Shown here one piece after another: positions 1-9,891 of a stretch of 64,000 nt of DNA. How positions within the stretch are numbered: the first letter of the stretch is position 1; the number at the start of each line of letters is the position of its first letter. Origin of the DNA: an uncultured delta proteobacterium (lineage in GTDB: Bacteria; Myxococcota_A; Polyangia; Fen-1088); contig CAVWIP010000002.1 of NCBI GenBank assembly GCA_963755125.1, positions 32,001 to 96,000 of the forward strand. The letters run 5' to 3'. Made by a program: the position numbers and the translations under genes. The notes under the pieces were generated by a model that did no database searches, had not been told where the DNA came from, and worked only from the letters and a program-made list of their open reading frames with translations.

Positions 1-151
1 GCCCGTCCCGCGTTACCACCACCTGACCGGCGACATGTTCGACAGACTTCCACCATCCAACGGACGGCACCTAACCCGGGGACGCACGCAGGCGCCTTGG
101 TTTCTAAGAACGATAGGAACCTTCAACAACAGTCTTCCAACGGAGAAAACA

Positions 152-1111
152 ATGATCTCTGCACGGACAGCTTGCGGTGGTGTGTTGGCAATTGGATTGA
201 TGTCGTTGGCCGCATGTTCAAGCAGCAGCGGCCCGGGCAGCAGCGGGTCCGGCGGAAGCACGGGACTCGGGGGCGCTGGGGGCAGCAGTGCGGCGTCGGC
301 AGCGGGCGGGGTGACGGCAGCGGGCGGGAATACATTGGCCGGAGGAAGCACGGTGACCGGCGGGGCAACGGTGGTCGGAGGGACCACGGTGGCAGGCGGA
401 GCTACCGTGACGACGGGGACGACGGCAGCAGGCGGAACCACCCTGACCGGCGGGGCGACGGTGGTCGGAGGGACCACGGTGGCAGGCGGAGCTACCGTGA
501 CGACGGGGACGACGGCACCGGGGGGAGCCACGGAGTCCGGCGGAACCACATCGGCCGGCGGAGCCACAACCAGTGGGGGTGCGACGGCGGTCGGCGGGAC
601 TACGGTGGTAGGTGGATCAACCGTGACGGCTGGGGCGACGGCAGCGGGAACCACGTTGACTGGTGGGGCGACGGGCGGAAGAACAGCGACAGGCGGAGCC
701 ACGGTGACGGGCGGGACGACGGCAGCGGGCGGAACCACAGTGACTGGCGGAACCACGGCAAGTGGTGGCTCTACCGGCGCGGATGCTGGTGCCGCCTGCC
801 ATCAGCCAGGCACGCTTACAGCGACGAATAGTGGAATGATTGCCTGGCTGATCGATCAGGTGGCGAATCCCACCCTCACCTTCTGCCGCGGAAGTACCTA
901 CACGTTCGCCGTGAATGCCCCCGGGCATCCCTTCTACATCAAGACCGTGAGGTCGAACGGGACAGCCAACGCCTACAGTTCGGGCGTCACCGGGAATGGA
1001 ACAGAATCCGGAAACGTCACGTTTTTTGTTCCCGCCGATGCCCCCGACACGCTGTTCTACGACTGTGCTGTTCACCTCGCGATGGGCGGCACCATCAACA
1101 TCGTGAACTGA
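152..1111 (+). CDS. Lipoprotein with Gly/Thr-rich linker and C-terminal cupredoxin-like (type-1 Cu) domain
   Basis: GGAG RBS at 142 then ATG 152; lipobox LAAC; long (GGxTxx)n linker; HPFYI ... YDCAVHLAMGG gives His/Cys/His/Met ligand set. Confidence 0.75.
   Translation: MISARTACGGVLAIGLMSLAACSSSSGPGSSGSGGSTGLGGAGGSSAASAAGGVTAAGGNTLAGGSTVTGGATVVGGTTVAGGATVTTGTTAAGGTTLTGGATVVGGTTVAGGATVTTGTTAPGGATESGGTTSAGGATTSGGATAVGGTTVVGGSTVTAGATAAGTTLTGGATGGRTATGGATVTGGTTAAGGTTVTGGTTASGGSTGADAGAACHQPGTLTATNSGMIAWLIDQVANPTLTFCRGSTYTFAVNAPGHPFYIKTVRSNGTANAYSSGVTGNGTESGNVTFFVPADAPDTLFYDCAVHLAMGGTINIVN
354..517 (+). repeat. Intragenic direct repeat, ~74 bp unit with 90-bp period
   Basis: 354-427 and 444-517 are near identical (TGACCGGCGGGGC...GACGACGGCA) inside the linker. 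Confidence 0.85.
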
Positions 1112-1138
1112 CACCCCTGGTGGAATGGAACCGCCCGC

Positions 1139-1154
1139 TGGCCCCCGTCTTGCA
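1139..1154 (+). promoter_or_regulatory. Candidate sigma54 -24/-12 promoter
   Basis: TGGCCC-CCGTC-TTGCA, GG-N10-GC spacing, ~55 bp upstream of ATG 1208. Confidence 0.5.
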
Positions 1155-1207
1155 CTCCAGGAGAGCTGCGCACCACGTGGCGCGCACTGGTCACAAGGAG
1201 GGAGGCC

Positions 1208-2182
1208 ATGTCGAAATCCGAGAATCTGCACGTAATCATTCTGGCGAGTGGAGAGGATCATTCTCTCAAGTCGCTTACCGAGGCGATCAGTGGAGTCGAC
1301 ATTCCAAAGCAGTTTGCCTTGATCGCTGGCAGCGGCTCCTTGTTGCAGCAGACGGTCTCGCGCTATGCGAGCCAGGTGCCGGCGGAGCGTATGGTCGTGG
1401 TGGTGGCGTCGGCGTACGAAGCGGTGGCACGCGTGCAGTTGCGCGAGTGGCCTGGTATCGATCTCATCACACGGCCGGCGGGATGCGGTGCTGGCCTCGA
1501 CCTGCTCTTGGCGCTGGGACGCGTCTTTTCGCGCTCACCCGGCGCGCGCGTGGTGGTGACGCCGGCCGATCACTACGTGCCCCGTCCCGAGGCGTTGCTG
1601 AACTCGGTGGTAGCCGCGAGCAGGGCGTTGGACCGGGCTGCGGTGATTCTCGTTGGCGTGACCGATCGCCACCGGATGGGTAGGCAGGCATGGATCGTGC
1701 CGGGCAGGCCGCTGGGCGGGCGAATTCTTTCCGTGGAACGGTGGGGAGACCGAGCCTCTCCGCAGCAGGCGGCGCAACTTGCGGCGGCCGGCGCGCTGTG
1801 GGACACGTCGACGGTCGTCGCTCGCGTCGAGCACCTGTGGTACCTGGCTGCGCGCCAGTTGCCCATGCAGGCCGAGGCCGTGGCCTGTTTTTGGGCGGGA
1901 AGGCCCTTACTCGCAAGCGCCGCGGCGACGGCCTGCCTCGAGTTGCCGGCGCTTCAGCTCAACGGCGCGCTTCTGCGCGGAGCCAAGGATCTTGCAGTGA
2001 TTCCAGTACACGGCGCGGGCTGGACAGAGTGGACCTCTACCCAGGATGTGATTGACTCGATCGAGGATCGAAAGGAGCTGGATCTTCTTCTCTCAAGTAT
2101 CTTGGCGCGGCAGCGGGCATCCGGGCGGACCGAACTGCGCAGGCGCGCGCAAGCGAACTCAGACCACGCCACGGCTGCTTGA
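1208..2182 (+). CDS. Sugar-phosphate nucleotidyltransferase (mannose-1-P guanylyltransferase-like), degenerate N-terminal motif
   Basis: GGAGG RBS; IPKQF, SLLQQT, TPADH, LWDT, GWTEW motifs; ILASGEDH replaces ILAGGxGTRL. Confidence 0.7.
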   Translation: MSKSENLHVIILASGEDHSLKSLTEAISGVDIPKQFALIAGSGSLLQQTVSRYASQVPAERMVVVVASAYEAVARVQLREWPGIDLITRPAGCGAGLDLLLALGRVFSRSPGARVVVTPADHYVPRPEALLNSVVAASRALDRAAVILVGVTDRHRMGRQAWIVPGRPLGGRILSVERWGDRASPQQAAQLAAAGALWDTSTVVARVEHLWYLAARQLPMQAEAVACFWAGRPLLASAAATACLELPALQLNGALLRGAKDLAVIPVHGAGWTEWTSTQDVIDSIEDRKELDLLLSSILARQRASGRTELRRRAQANSDHATAA

Positions 2183-2263
2183 AGAGGCGCCGGTTGGTGC
2201 GCCGCTACGAATCGGTAGCGGCGCTGCCTGGCAGTGCCACCAGATGGAAACGCAGTTTTTTCG

Positions 2264-2815
2264 TCAGTCCTGCTTCCATTTGATGGAACATCCAAGTGAC
2301 GGGTGCTGATCGGGCGACGGCCTCTTGCCCTCGAGCATGGCTTCGATTGCCTCTGCCAGATCGCGACGTGTCACCTTGGCGGGATCCTTCCAGGAATCGT
2401 CGATGCGACCACGGTAGGCCAGACGGCGTTCGCGGTCGAACACGAAGGTGTCCGGCGTGCACACGGCATCGAAGGCGTGGGCCACGGCCTGCGATTCGTC
2501 GTGCAAGTACGGGAAACCGTATTGCTTGAGTTCCCAATGTTCCTTCAGCCTGTCAAACGCGTCCTCGGGATAAGTCACGGCGTCGTTGGAGCAGATGCCC
2601 ACGAACTGCACACTTCGGGGCGTGTAGGCGCGAGCCAGGCCGAGCAGGCGGTCCTCCACCGCCTTCACGTACGGGCAATGGTTGCAGATGAACATCACCA
2701 CCAGCACAGGGGCCTTCGCGAAGTCGTCCCTGGCATATGTCTTTCCATCCGTCGCCGGAAGGCGAAAGTCCGGGCAAGGAAAACCAATGTTGGAAACACT
2801 GCTTGAAACCGCCAT
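2264..2815 (-). CDS. Thioredoxin-family (AhpC/TSA-like) protein
   Basis: FICNHCPYV, AVCTPD, YRGRIDD, SLGCSIKW motifs. Confidence 0.9.
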   Translation of the reverse strand: MAVSSSVSNIGFPCPDFRLPATDGKTYARDDFAKAPVLVVMFICNHCPYVKAVEDRLLGLARAYTPRSVQFVGICSNDAVTYPEDAFDRLKEHWELKQYGFPYLHDESQAVAHAFDAVCTPDTFVFDRERRLAYRGRIDDSWKDPAKVTRRDLAEAIEAMLEGKRPSPDQHPSLGCSIKWKQD

Positions 2816-2875
2816 GGTCCTCAGAGAATACCACTTCGATTCAAGGTCGCGCCATCAGCAAGCAGTGCGCCGCCA

Positions 2876-4723
2876 CTACGCGGCCAGCGCGCCGGCGAGC
2901 GGGAGCCGGACGATGAACTCCGCTCCCTTGCCAATGCCCTTGCTGTGTGCGCTGACGTCTCCGCCGTGCAGCCCGACCAGCCCCTCTACCAACGCCAGTC
3001 CAAGCCCGAGGCCGCCTTTGCTTCGATCCAGGGTGTCATCGGCCTGCATGAAGGGCTGGAAGACGTGCGGCAGCAACTCGGGTGGAATGCCGACGCCAGA
3101 GTCCCCGACCCGGATGATGACTCGCTTCGCCACCTCGTCGACGCCGACGGACACCTGGGTGCGACCGCCACGGCCGGTGAACTTGGCCGCGTTCTGCAGC
3201 AGATTCCCTACCACTTGCGCCAGGCGCGTCCGGTCGCCGTTCACGGCAATGCGCTCGGCCGGCAGCTCGGCTTCGAGGTGAACCTCGCTCTCCTCGAAAA
3301 GCGAGCGATGGTCCTCGATGGTTCGCCGCACCAGCTCGGTCACGTCCAGCAACTCGCACTGCAGCCGGATCTTGTTTCTCGCAATGCGGGTCACGTCGAG
3401 CAGATCGTCGACGAGACGGACCAGGTGCGTGACCTGCCGATCGATGATGGCCTGAGCCCGGCGCGCCTGGTCGCCACCTGGGGCGGCGCGATCCAGAACG
3501 ACAAGACTGTTGCGGATGGGCGCGAGCGGGTTGCGCAGCTCGTGGGAAAGCACGGCGAGAAACTCATCCTTGCGCCGGTCGGCCTCACGCAGCGCCTCCT
3601 GGGTTCTAATCAGGTCGGTGATGTCGGTGCAGACCGTGACCGCTCCGACAGCCTGACCGCCCAACTGCAAGGGAGCGGACGAAAATGATACGACCATCTC
3701 CTGACCGTCTCGCCGGGTGAGAACGAATCGCTCCCCGAGAACTCGTTCGCCCTTCAGCGCGCGAGCGGTGGGCAGCTCCTCGCGGACCAAAGGACGCCCG
3801 TCGAGCCGACGGGAGGACAGACGTCTGGCCAGGGTCTCGATGTCAACCCCGACCGGGTCGATGTCATAAAGCGCTCGCGCCGCAGCGTTGGCGCGAACCA
3901 TCGACCCGGCGGCGTCGTACACCATGATCCCATGGGTCATCGCCGCAAACGCGGCCTCCAACTCGGCAGCATTGCGCCGGGCCGCCGCCTCGGCCTGCTC
4001 CCGTGCGGCAGCGTGCTTCTCCAGCCCCCTGCCCCACAACGTGAGACCCACGACCCCCAGCAGCCAAAGCAGTCCGTGGACAATCGAAGTGCGCGCGATC
4101 TGTGGTCTCTCGATGGCCAGGATCGGCTCCATCGGAACGGCGACGCTGATCCCGCCCCGGATGTCGCCTTCCTTGTAGCCCTGTTGAGCGTGGCATGTGA
4201 GACAGGGCTTCTCTGTCAGCAGGGGCCGCATCAGGCGCAGGTCCTCCCGTCCATCCTTGCTTTCGAGCGCACTCACCTCCATGACTCCGGCCTCGAAGGA
4301 CGTCAGCGCAGCCGTCTCGAACGCGTCGGGAGCATTTTCGGGGCGCAGCGGTTTGAGGCTGGTGAGGTGTGCTCGGCTGCTACGGCCCAACTGCGCCAGT
4401 TGGTTCACCTGGCGGACCATGTAAGCGGGATTGAGCAGCGTCAGAGACAGGCCAGAGGTCGTCGTGACATCCCGATTGGGGACACTGAGATGGGGATTGG
4501 GGGGCGTGTGCTCCGACACCGGCACGTACACGCCGCCCTGCTGCGCCGCCCATCTGCGGTAGAGGACGTCGTTGTCGAAAGTCACCTGGGCGCTGATGCG
4601 CGCGATCTCGATGGTCTTGTCCCTCTGCTCGTGCAGGTTCCATACGAGAGAAGCGGCGAGGCACGCTGTCCAGAGTGCGGCCAAAAGGCGGGCCTGATGC
4701 CTCATTCGTGACTTAGATGTCAC
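2876..4723 (-). CDS. Membrane sensor histidine kinase with DUF3365/Tll0287-like heme-c sensor, PAS, HisKA, HATPase
   Basis: Two TM segments; GGVYVP, NPAYM, CLTCH, GDIRGGIS; SHELRNPL; N, G1 and G2 boxes; exact start uncertain. Confidence 0.88.
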   Translation of the reverse strand: MTSKSRMRHQARLLAALWTACLAASLVWNLHEQRDKTIEIARISAQVTFDNDVLYRRWAAQQGGVYVPVSEHTPPNPHLSVPNRDVTTTSGLSLTLLNPAYMVRQVNQLAQLGRSSRAHLTSLKPLRPENAPDAFETAALTSFEAGVMEVSALESKDGREDLRLMRPLLTEKPCLTCHAQQGYKEGDIRGGISVAVPMEPILAIERPQIARTSIVHGLLWLLGVVGLTLWGRGLEKHAAAREQAEAAARRNAAELEAAFAAMTHGIMVYDAAGSMVRANAAARALYDIDPVGVDIETLARRLSSRRLDGRPLVREELPTARALKGERVLGERFVLTRRDGQEMVVSFSSAPLQLGGQAVGAVTVCTDITDLIRTQEALREADRRKDEFLAVLSHELRNPLAPIRNSLVVLDRAAPGGDQARRAQAIIDRQVTHLVRLVDDLLDVTRIARNKIRLQCELLDVTELVRRTIEDHRSLFEESEVHLEAELPAERIAVNGDRTRLAQVVGNLLQNAAKFTGRGGRTQVSVGVDEVAKRVIIRVGDSGVGIPPELLPHVFQPFMQADDTLDRSKGGLGLGLALVEGLVGLHGGDVSAHSKGIGKGAEFIVRLPLAGALAA

Positions 4724-4826
4724 AAACGGGCAGGTATGTCAGTACCGTGGTAGACATGCGTTCCTTGAGAACCTGACGGATGTCTAAGCTTGTCGGCGCT
4801 CGTTGGTTGACGGGCCACCTTGAGGT

Positions 4827-7682
4827 GTGTCCATGAGTCGTCAGCCGCAAGAATGGTCTGCCAACGGGGGAACTCCCCAGGGTAGATCGCGCGACGTCAC
4901 CGAACGAAAACCGGCCGAAGCCGATCAGGACATTCTGGCCCGCCAGCGACAGCTCGCCCTGGATGCCGCTGCCATGGGATGGTGGCACTACGACCCAGTC
5001 ACGAAGGTCGCCACCTACGACAAGCGCTACACCGAAATCTTCGGGGTTTCCGGCCACGAGCGAGCCAACGAAGAGATCTTGAAGCTGCTGCACCCTGACG
5101 ATCTTCCGCAGGTCTGGGCAGCGGTGGAGGCTGCGCTCGATCCGGCCGATCCCAAGCCGTATTCCGTGGAGTATCGGGTCAACCGTCTCGACGGCGAGAT
5201 GCGCTGGGTCGAGGCACACGGGCTGGCCAGCTTCGAGGGCGAGGGCGATGCTCGCCGGGCGACCAGCCTGGTCGGTACGGTGACTGACATCACCGAGCGC
5301 AAGCAGGCGGAAGCGTCAATACGCGAGGCCCATGGCAGGACCGCTGCAATCCTCGAGAGCATCGCGGACGCGTTCTACTCGCTCGATGACCAGTGGCGTT
5401 TCGTCATGGTCAACCCGGCAGCCGAACGGGCGCCCTTCGGGCGGCCTGCCAGCGAGTTAGTCGGCAAGGTCATCTGGGATGTGTTCCCGAAAATCCCCGG
5501 TACGCGCATCCACCAGCACTACCTCGACGCGGTGGCGAAGCGCAGCCACGAGCACTACGAGGCAGTGTCACCGCTCAACGGTCGCTGGTACGAGGTGTTC
5601 ATGTTCCCGCGGACGGGAGGACTGGACGTCTATCTGCGCGACATCGACGATCGCAAGAAGGCCGAGGAGGCGCTCAAGCAGAGCGAGCAGAGATTTCGAA
5701 CCATAGCAGAAGCCCTTCCAGTCCTGATCTCTCTCAGCCGCGCGGAGGACTCCACCATTGCGTTTACCAATACGGCTTACAATGAAGCCTTCGGCTTCCG
5801 CGAAGAGGAAATCATCGGTCGCAAAGGCCCCGACGTGTACTACGACCCGGCTGACCGGGCGAAGATGATCGACGACATCAGGGACAAGGGCTTTGTCAGC
5901 AATTACCAGCTGAAAGCCAAGAAGGCCGACGGGACGCCCATCTGGCTCCTGTCATCGGTTCGTCCGATCACCTTCGAGGGCAAGCCCGGAATTCTCGGGG
6001 CTTCAGTCGACATCACCGAGCGTATTCGGGCCGAAAAAGCGCTGCGGGCGAGCGAGGAGCGCCTGAAGCTGGCGCAGCAGATCGCCCATCTCGGCAGCTG
6101 GGAACTCGATCTGGTCGCGAACCGGCTCTCCTGGTCGGACGAGGTGTACCGGATCTTCGGTTTCGAGCCGCAGGAGTTCGGCGCCACCTACCAGGCATTT
6201 CTGGAAGCTGTCCACCCGGAGGATCGCGCCGCAGTCGACAGCGCCTACTCTAGTTCGCTGCGCGAAGGGCGAGATGGCTACGAGATCGAGCACCGGATCA
6301 TTCGCAAGTCGACAGGCGAGATCCGCACGGTTCACGAGAAGTGCGAGCACGTCCGCGACCAGTCGGGCGGCATCGTCCGATCGCTGGGAATGGTGCAGGA
6401 CATTACCGAGCGCAAGCGCGCCGAGGAGGCGCTGCACGCCGCCAATCTCCAATTAACCCCAGAGATCGGCTGAGTGGAAAAGGGGAGCGGGTCCAACGGC
6501 TCGGGGTCTGCCGATCCTGCGCACTGAAGCCTATTTCGTCTGAGGCGAACTCTGGGGTTAGCCGAGGCCGATCGGGGCAAGAACGAGTTCCTGGCGGTTC
6601 TTTCACACGAACTGCGCAACCCGCTCTCGCCCATTCGCAACAGCCTGTACATTCTCGAACATGCGGCGCCTGGCGCCGAACAGTCCAAGCGCGCCCTTGA
6701 CGTCATCGGCCGACAGGTCGTCCAGTTGGCGCGCCTGGTGGACGATCTGCTCGACCTCACGCGCGTCTCGCGTAATAAGATCCAGTTGCAGCGCCGTCCA
6801 CTCGAACTGAACGATGTGGTTCGTCGCACGGTCGACGATCACCACTCCTTGTTCGAAGAAAAGGGACTCGTGGTCGAGACGACCTTTGCGCCTGAGCGCT
6901 TGCCGGTCGACGGCGACGTTGAGCGCATTGCTCAAGTGGTGGGAAATCTTCTGCACAACGCGGCCAAATTCACCCCGAGTGGCGGTCGGGTCAGGGTCGT
7001 CACGGCAGCCGTGCCATCGACAAGACGCGCCACCGTGCGGGTCATCGACAGTGGGGTTGGAATCGAGCCGGCGATGCTTTGTCGGCTGTTCGAACCGTTC
7101 GTGCAGGCCGACGCGACTTTGGACCGCAGCAAGGGTGGTCTGGGGCTTGGGCTGGCCCTGGTCAAGGGCCTGGTGGAGATGCACGGTGGTCGGGTGTGCG
7201 CGTACAGCGACGGCCCGGGCAAGGGAGCGGAGTTCGTGGTCGAGTTTCCGCTCGACGGGACGGCACGCGCGGATTTGAGCCCAGCGGCAGTCGGGACGGC
7301 GGGCAGGCAACGGCGCGTACTCATCATCGAGGACAACCGGGACGCGGCCGACAGTCTGCGCGAGGTGCTGCAGTTCGGCGGGCACGTCGTCGAGGTTGCC
7401 TATAACGGTCCCGACGGGCTGGCCCAGGCCCGATCGTTCAACCCCGAGATCGTCCTCTGCGATATCGGCCTGCCCGGCATGGACGGCTATCAGGTCGCGC
7501 GCAGCTTCCGGGCCGACGAGGCGCTGAAAGGGGTTTATCTGGTGGCGCTCAGCGGTTACGCCCTGCCCGATGACTTGCAGCGGGCCTGGGAGGCAGGGTT
7601 CGAGAGGCACCTGGCGAAGCCGTCCAGCCTGGAGAAGTTGGAGGAGTTGATGGCAGAGACACCGGCTGCCGGCCGAAGTTGA
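4827..7682 (+). pseudogene. Multi-PAS hybrid histidine kinase (PAS x4-HisKA-HATPase-REC) interrupted by a MITE
   Basis: 4827..6473 and 6726..7682 are in the same frame; removing 6456-6560 restores ...ANLQL-AEADRGKNEFLAVLSHELRNPL. Confidence 0.9.
6456..6558. mobile_element. 103-bp MITE of IS630/Tc1 type
   Basis: TIRs ACCCCAGAGATCGGCTGAG vs rc ACCCCAGAGTTCGCCTCAG (16/19); TA duplicated at 6454-55 and 6559-60. Confidence 0.9.
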
Positions 7683-7898
7683 GGCGCGCTGCCTACCAGA
7701 TGATGACCGGCTGCTGCTGGTTGACGATCTTGAAGCAAGCCGCGCTCGGTTGCGACCACTTGATTATGTTGTACCAGAACTGAGCCGTCTGATGGACTGC
7801 TTCGCAAGGCTAGGCCGTTTCGTCGCGCGAAATGCCGCAGTCGGTGAACGTGCTTCTGCTGAAAGGCTGGTCCACAATATCAGGAGGGGGAGGTTTCG

Positions 7899-9806
7899 AT
7901 GTCGAGGGAGCCCGGCACAGTTGTTCATTGGCAAAACCGACTGAGGTCGCTCGCAGGGCCTTTCTTGCGTTATGGGGGAGCTGTTGCGCTGGTCGCATGT
8001 GCATTCCTGCTGCGGCAGGAGATCTCGGCCGCCTCAGGTCCCCGTCCGCTCTACATAACCTTCGTCCCGATGTTGATGGTGGTAGCACTTCTGTGGGGGT
8101 TGCGGGCGGGGCTGCTCGCGACGGGATTGGCCGCAATCCTGGCTTGGTACTGGATTCTTCCTCCGGTAGGCAAGTTCCGCATCGAAGGCTCGTCCGATGT
8201 GGTGGGCCTGGTGTTTTTCGTCGGCACGGGCGTTTTCGCAAGCGTGCTCGCGCATCGCTATCAAAGCGCTCGACAGCGGGAGGCCAGCCTCGAGAACGAG
8301 GTCAAGTATCGCCTGCTATTTCACAACATGCTGGATGGGCTAGCCCATTGCAGAATGCTTTTCGACGAGGGCGGTCGCCCGATTGATTTTGTCTACCTTG
8401 ACGTCAACGAGTCGTTCGTCAGACTGACCGGCCTGAAGGATGTCGTCGGCAAGAGGGCGACCGAGGTCATTCCAGGGATCAGAGAGTCTAACCCCGAGCT
8501 ATTCGAGATCTACGGCAGGGTGGCGTCGACCGGCCAGCCGGAGAAGTTCGAGACTTACCTTAAGCCGTTGGGCATATGGTTCTCGATCGCGGTTTACAGC
8601 CCGAAGCAGGACCACTTCGTTGCGGTGTTCGATAACATCACCCAGCGCAAGCAAGCCGAAGAGGACCTGCGCAAGAGCGAAGCGGATCTCAAGGAGGCGG
8701 ATCGCCGCAAGGACGAGTTTCTGGCGATGCTCTCCCACGAATTGCGCAACCCGCTCGCGCCCATTCGCAACAGCCTCACCATCATGCAGCGGGCGGCCCC
8801 GGGCGGGGACCAGGCCAAGCGGGCGCAACAGACCATCGATCGCCAGACTGCTCATATGACCCGGCTGATCGACGAACTTCTCGATGTGACGCGCATCTCC
8901 CGGGGAAGGATCGAGCTGCAGCGCGAACCGCTGGATTTCTGCGATCTGGTATGGCGCACTGTCGAGGATCATCGCTCACTGTTTGCCAAGAAAGGCGTCG
9001 GTCTCGATGTCCATGCGGTCGGCCACCGCGTCTGGGTCAACGGCGACCCGACTCGCCTGGCGCAGGTGCTGGGCAATCTGTTGCAGAACGCGGCCAAGTT
9101 CACCGCAAGGGGCGGGACAACTTCAGTTTCCGTGGAAGCGGACCGATCCGCTGGCGAGGTGCTGCTCCACGTGCGCGACACGGGCGTGGGGGTGAGCGCG
9201 GAGCTGCTGCCACATTTGTTTGAGCCGTTCACACAGGCGGACAAGACACTGGATCGCAGCCGGGGCGGTTTGGGTCTCGGGCTCACCCTGGTGAAGAGCC
9301 TGGTCGAATTGCACGGGGGCAGGGTCGAAGGACAGAGCAGCGGCGAGGGGACCGGCTCCGAGTTCACCGTGCGCTTGCCGTTCCTGCGACAGGACGACGA
9401 GCGTGCGTCCGCCGGCCTCACCGTGGAGCCCGGACCTCCGCGCAGGCAGCGCGTGCTCGTGATCGAGGACAACGTCGATGCAGCCGAGAGCCTGGGCGAC
9501 GCGCTTCAGCTCAGCGGGTACGAGGTTGCCGTGGCCTTCAACGGATCGCAGGGCATCGAGAAGGCGCACCAGTTCAAGCCGGATGTGGTGTTTTGCGATA
9601 TCGGCCTGCCTGGGATGGATGGGTACCAGGTGGCGCGGGCATTTCGCAGCGACGCCACGCTCAGAGGGGTCCTGCTGGCAGCCCTGACCGGGTATGCCGG
9701 ACCGGAGGACCAGCAGAGGGCGGCCGAGGCAGGCTTCGCGCGCCACCTCGCCAAGCCGGCCAGCCTGCAGATGCTGGAAGAGGTGATCGCGAGCCTGCGC
9801 TCGTAG
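7899..9806 (+). CDS. Hybrid histidine kinase (DUF4118-like TM sensor, PAS, HisKA, HATPase, REC)
   Basis: GGAGG RBS; 4 TM segments; SHELRNPL; GLGLGL; REC IEDN...DIGLP...K. Confidence 0.92.
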   Translation: MSREPGTVVHWQNRLRSLAGPFLRYGGAVALVACAFLLRQEISAASGPRPLYITFVPMLMVVALLWGLRAGLLATGLAAILAWYWILPPVGKFRIEGSSDVVGLVFFVGTGVFASVLAHRYQSARQREASLENEVKYRLLFHNMLDGLAHCRMLFDEGGRPIDFVYLDVNESFVRLTGLKDVVGKRATEVIPGIRESNPELFEIYGRVASTGQPEKFETYLKPLGIWFSIAVYSPKQDHFVAVFDNITQRKQAEEDLRKSEADLKEADRRKDEFLAMLSHELRNPLAPIRNSLTIMQRAAPGGDQAKRAQQTIDRQTAHMTRLIDELLDVTRISRGRIELQREPLDFCDLVWRTVEDHRSLFAKKGVGLDVHAVGHRVWVNGDPTRLAQVLGNLLQNAAKFTARGGTTSVSVEADRSAGEVLLHVRDTGVGVSAELLPHLFEPFTQADKTLDRSRGGLGLGLTLVKSLVELHGGRVEGQSSGEGTGSEFTVRLPFLRQDDERASAGLTVEPGPPRRQRVLVIEDNVDAAESLGDALQLSGYEVAVAFNGSQGIEKAHQFKPDVVFCDIGLPGMDGYQVARAFRSDATLRGVLLAALTGYAGPEDQQRAAEAGFARHLAKPASLQMLEEVIASLRS

Positions 9807-9891
9807 TGTGTCCTCGCCCGCAACCCGGGATGAAAGCGGTAGCAAGTAGTCCAGCAGAATGGACAAAATATGTTAGTATTGCTCCATTACG

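Noticed and set aside
13..756. Long Pro/Val-rich antisense ORFs here and at 47387, 49289 and 60892
   Set aside because: Shadows of the Gly/Thr linker codons on the opposite strand
6471..6527. Two in-frame TGA codons as selenocysteine or readthrough
   Set aside because: They lie inside the TIR-bounded MITE; the restored gene needs no recoding
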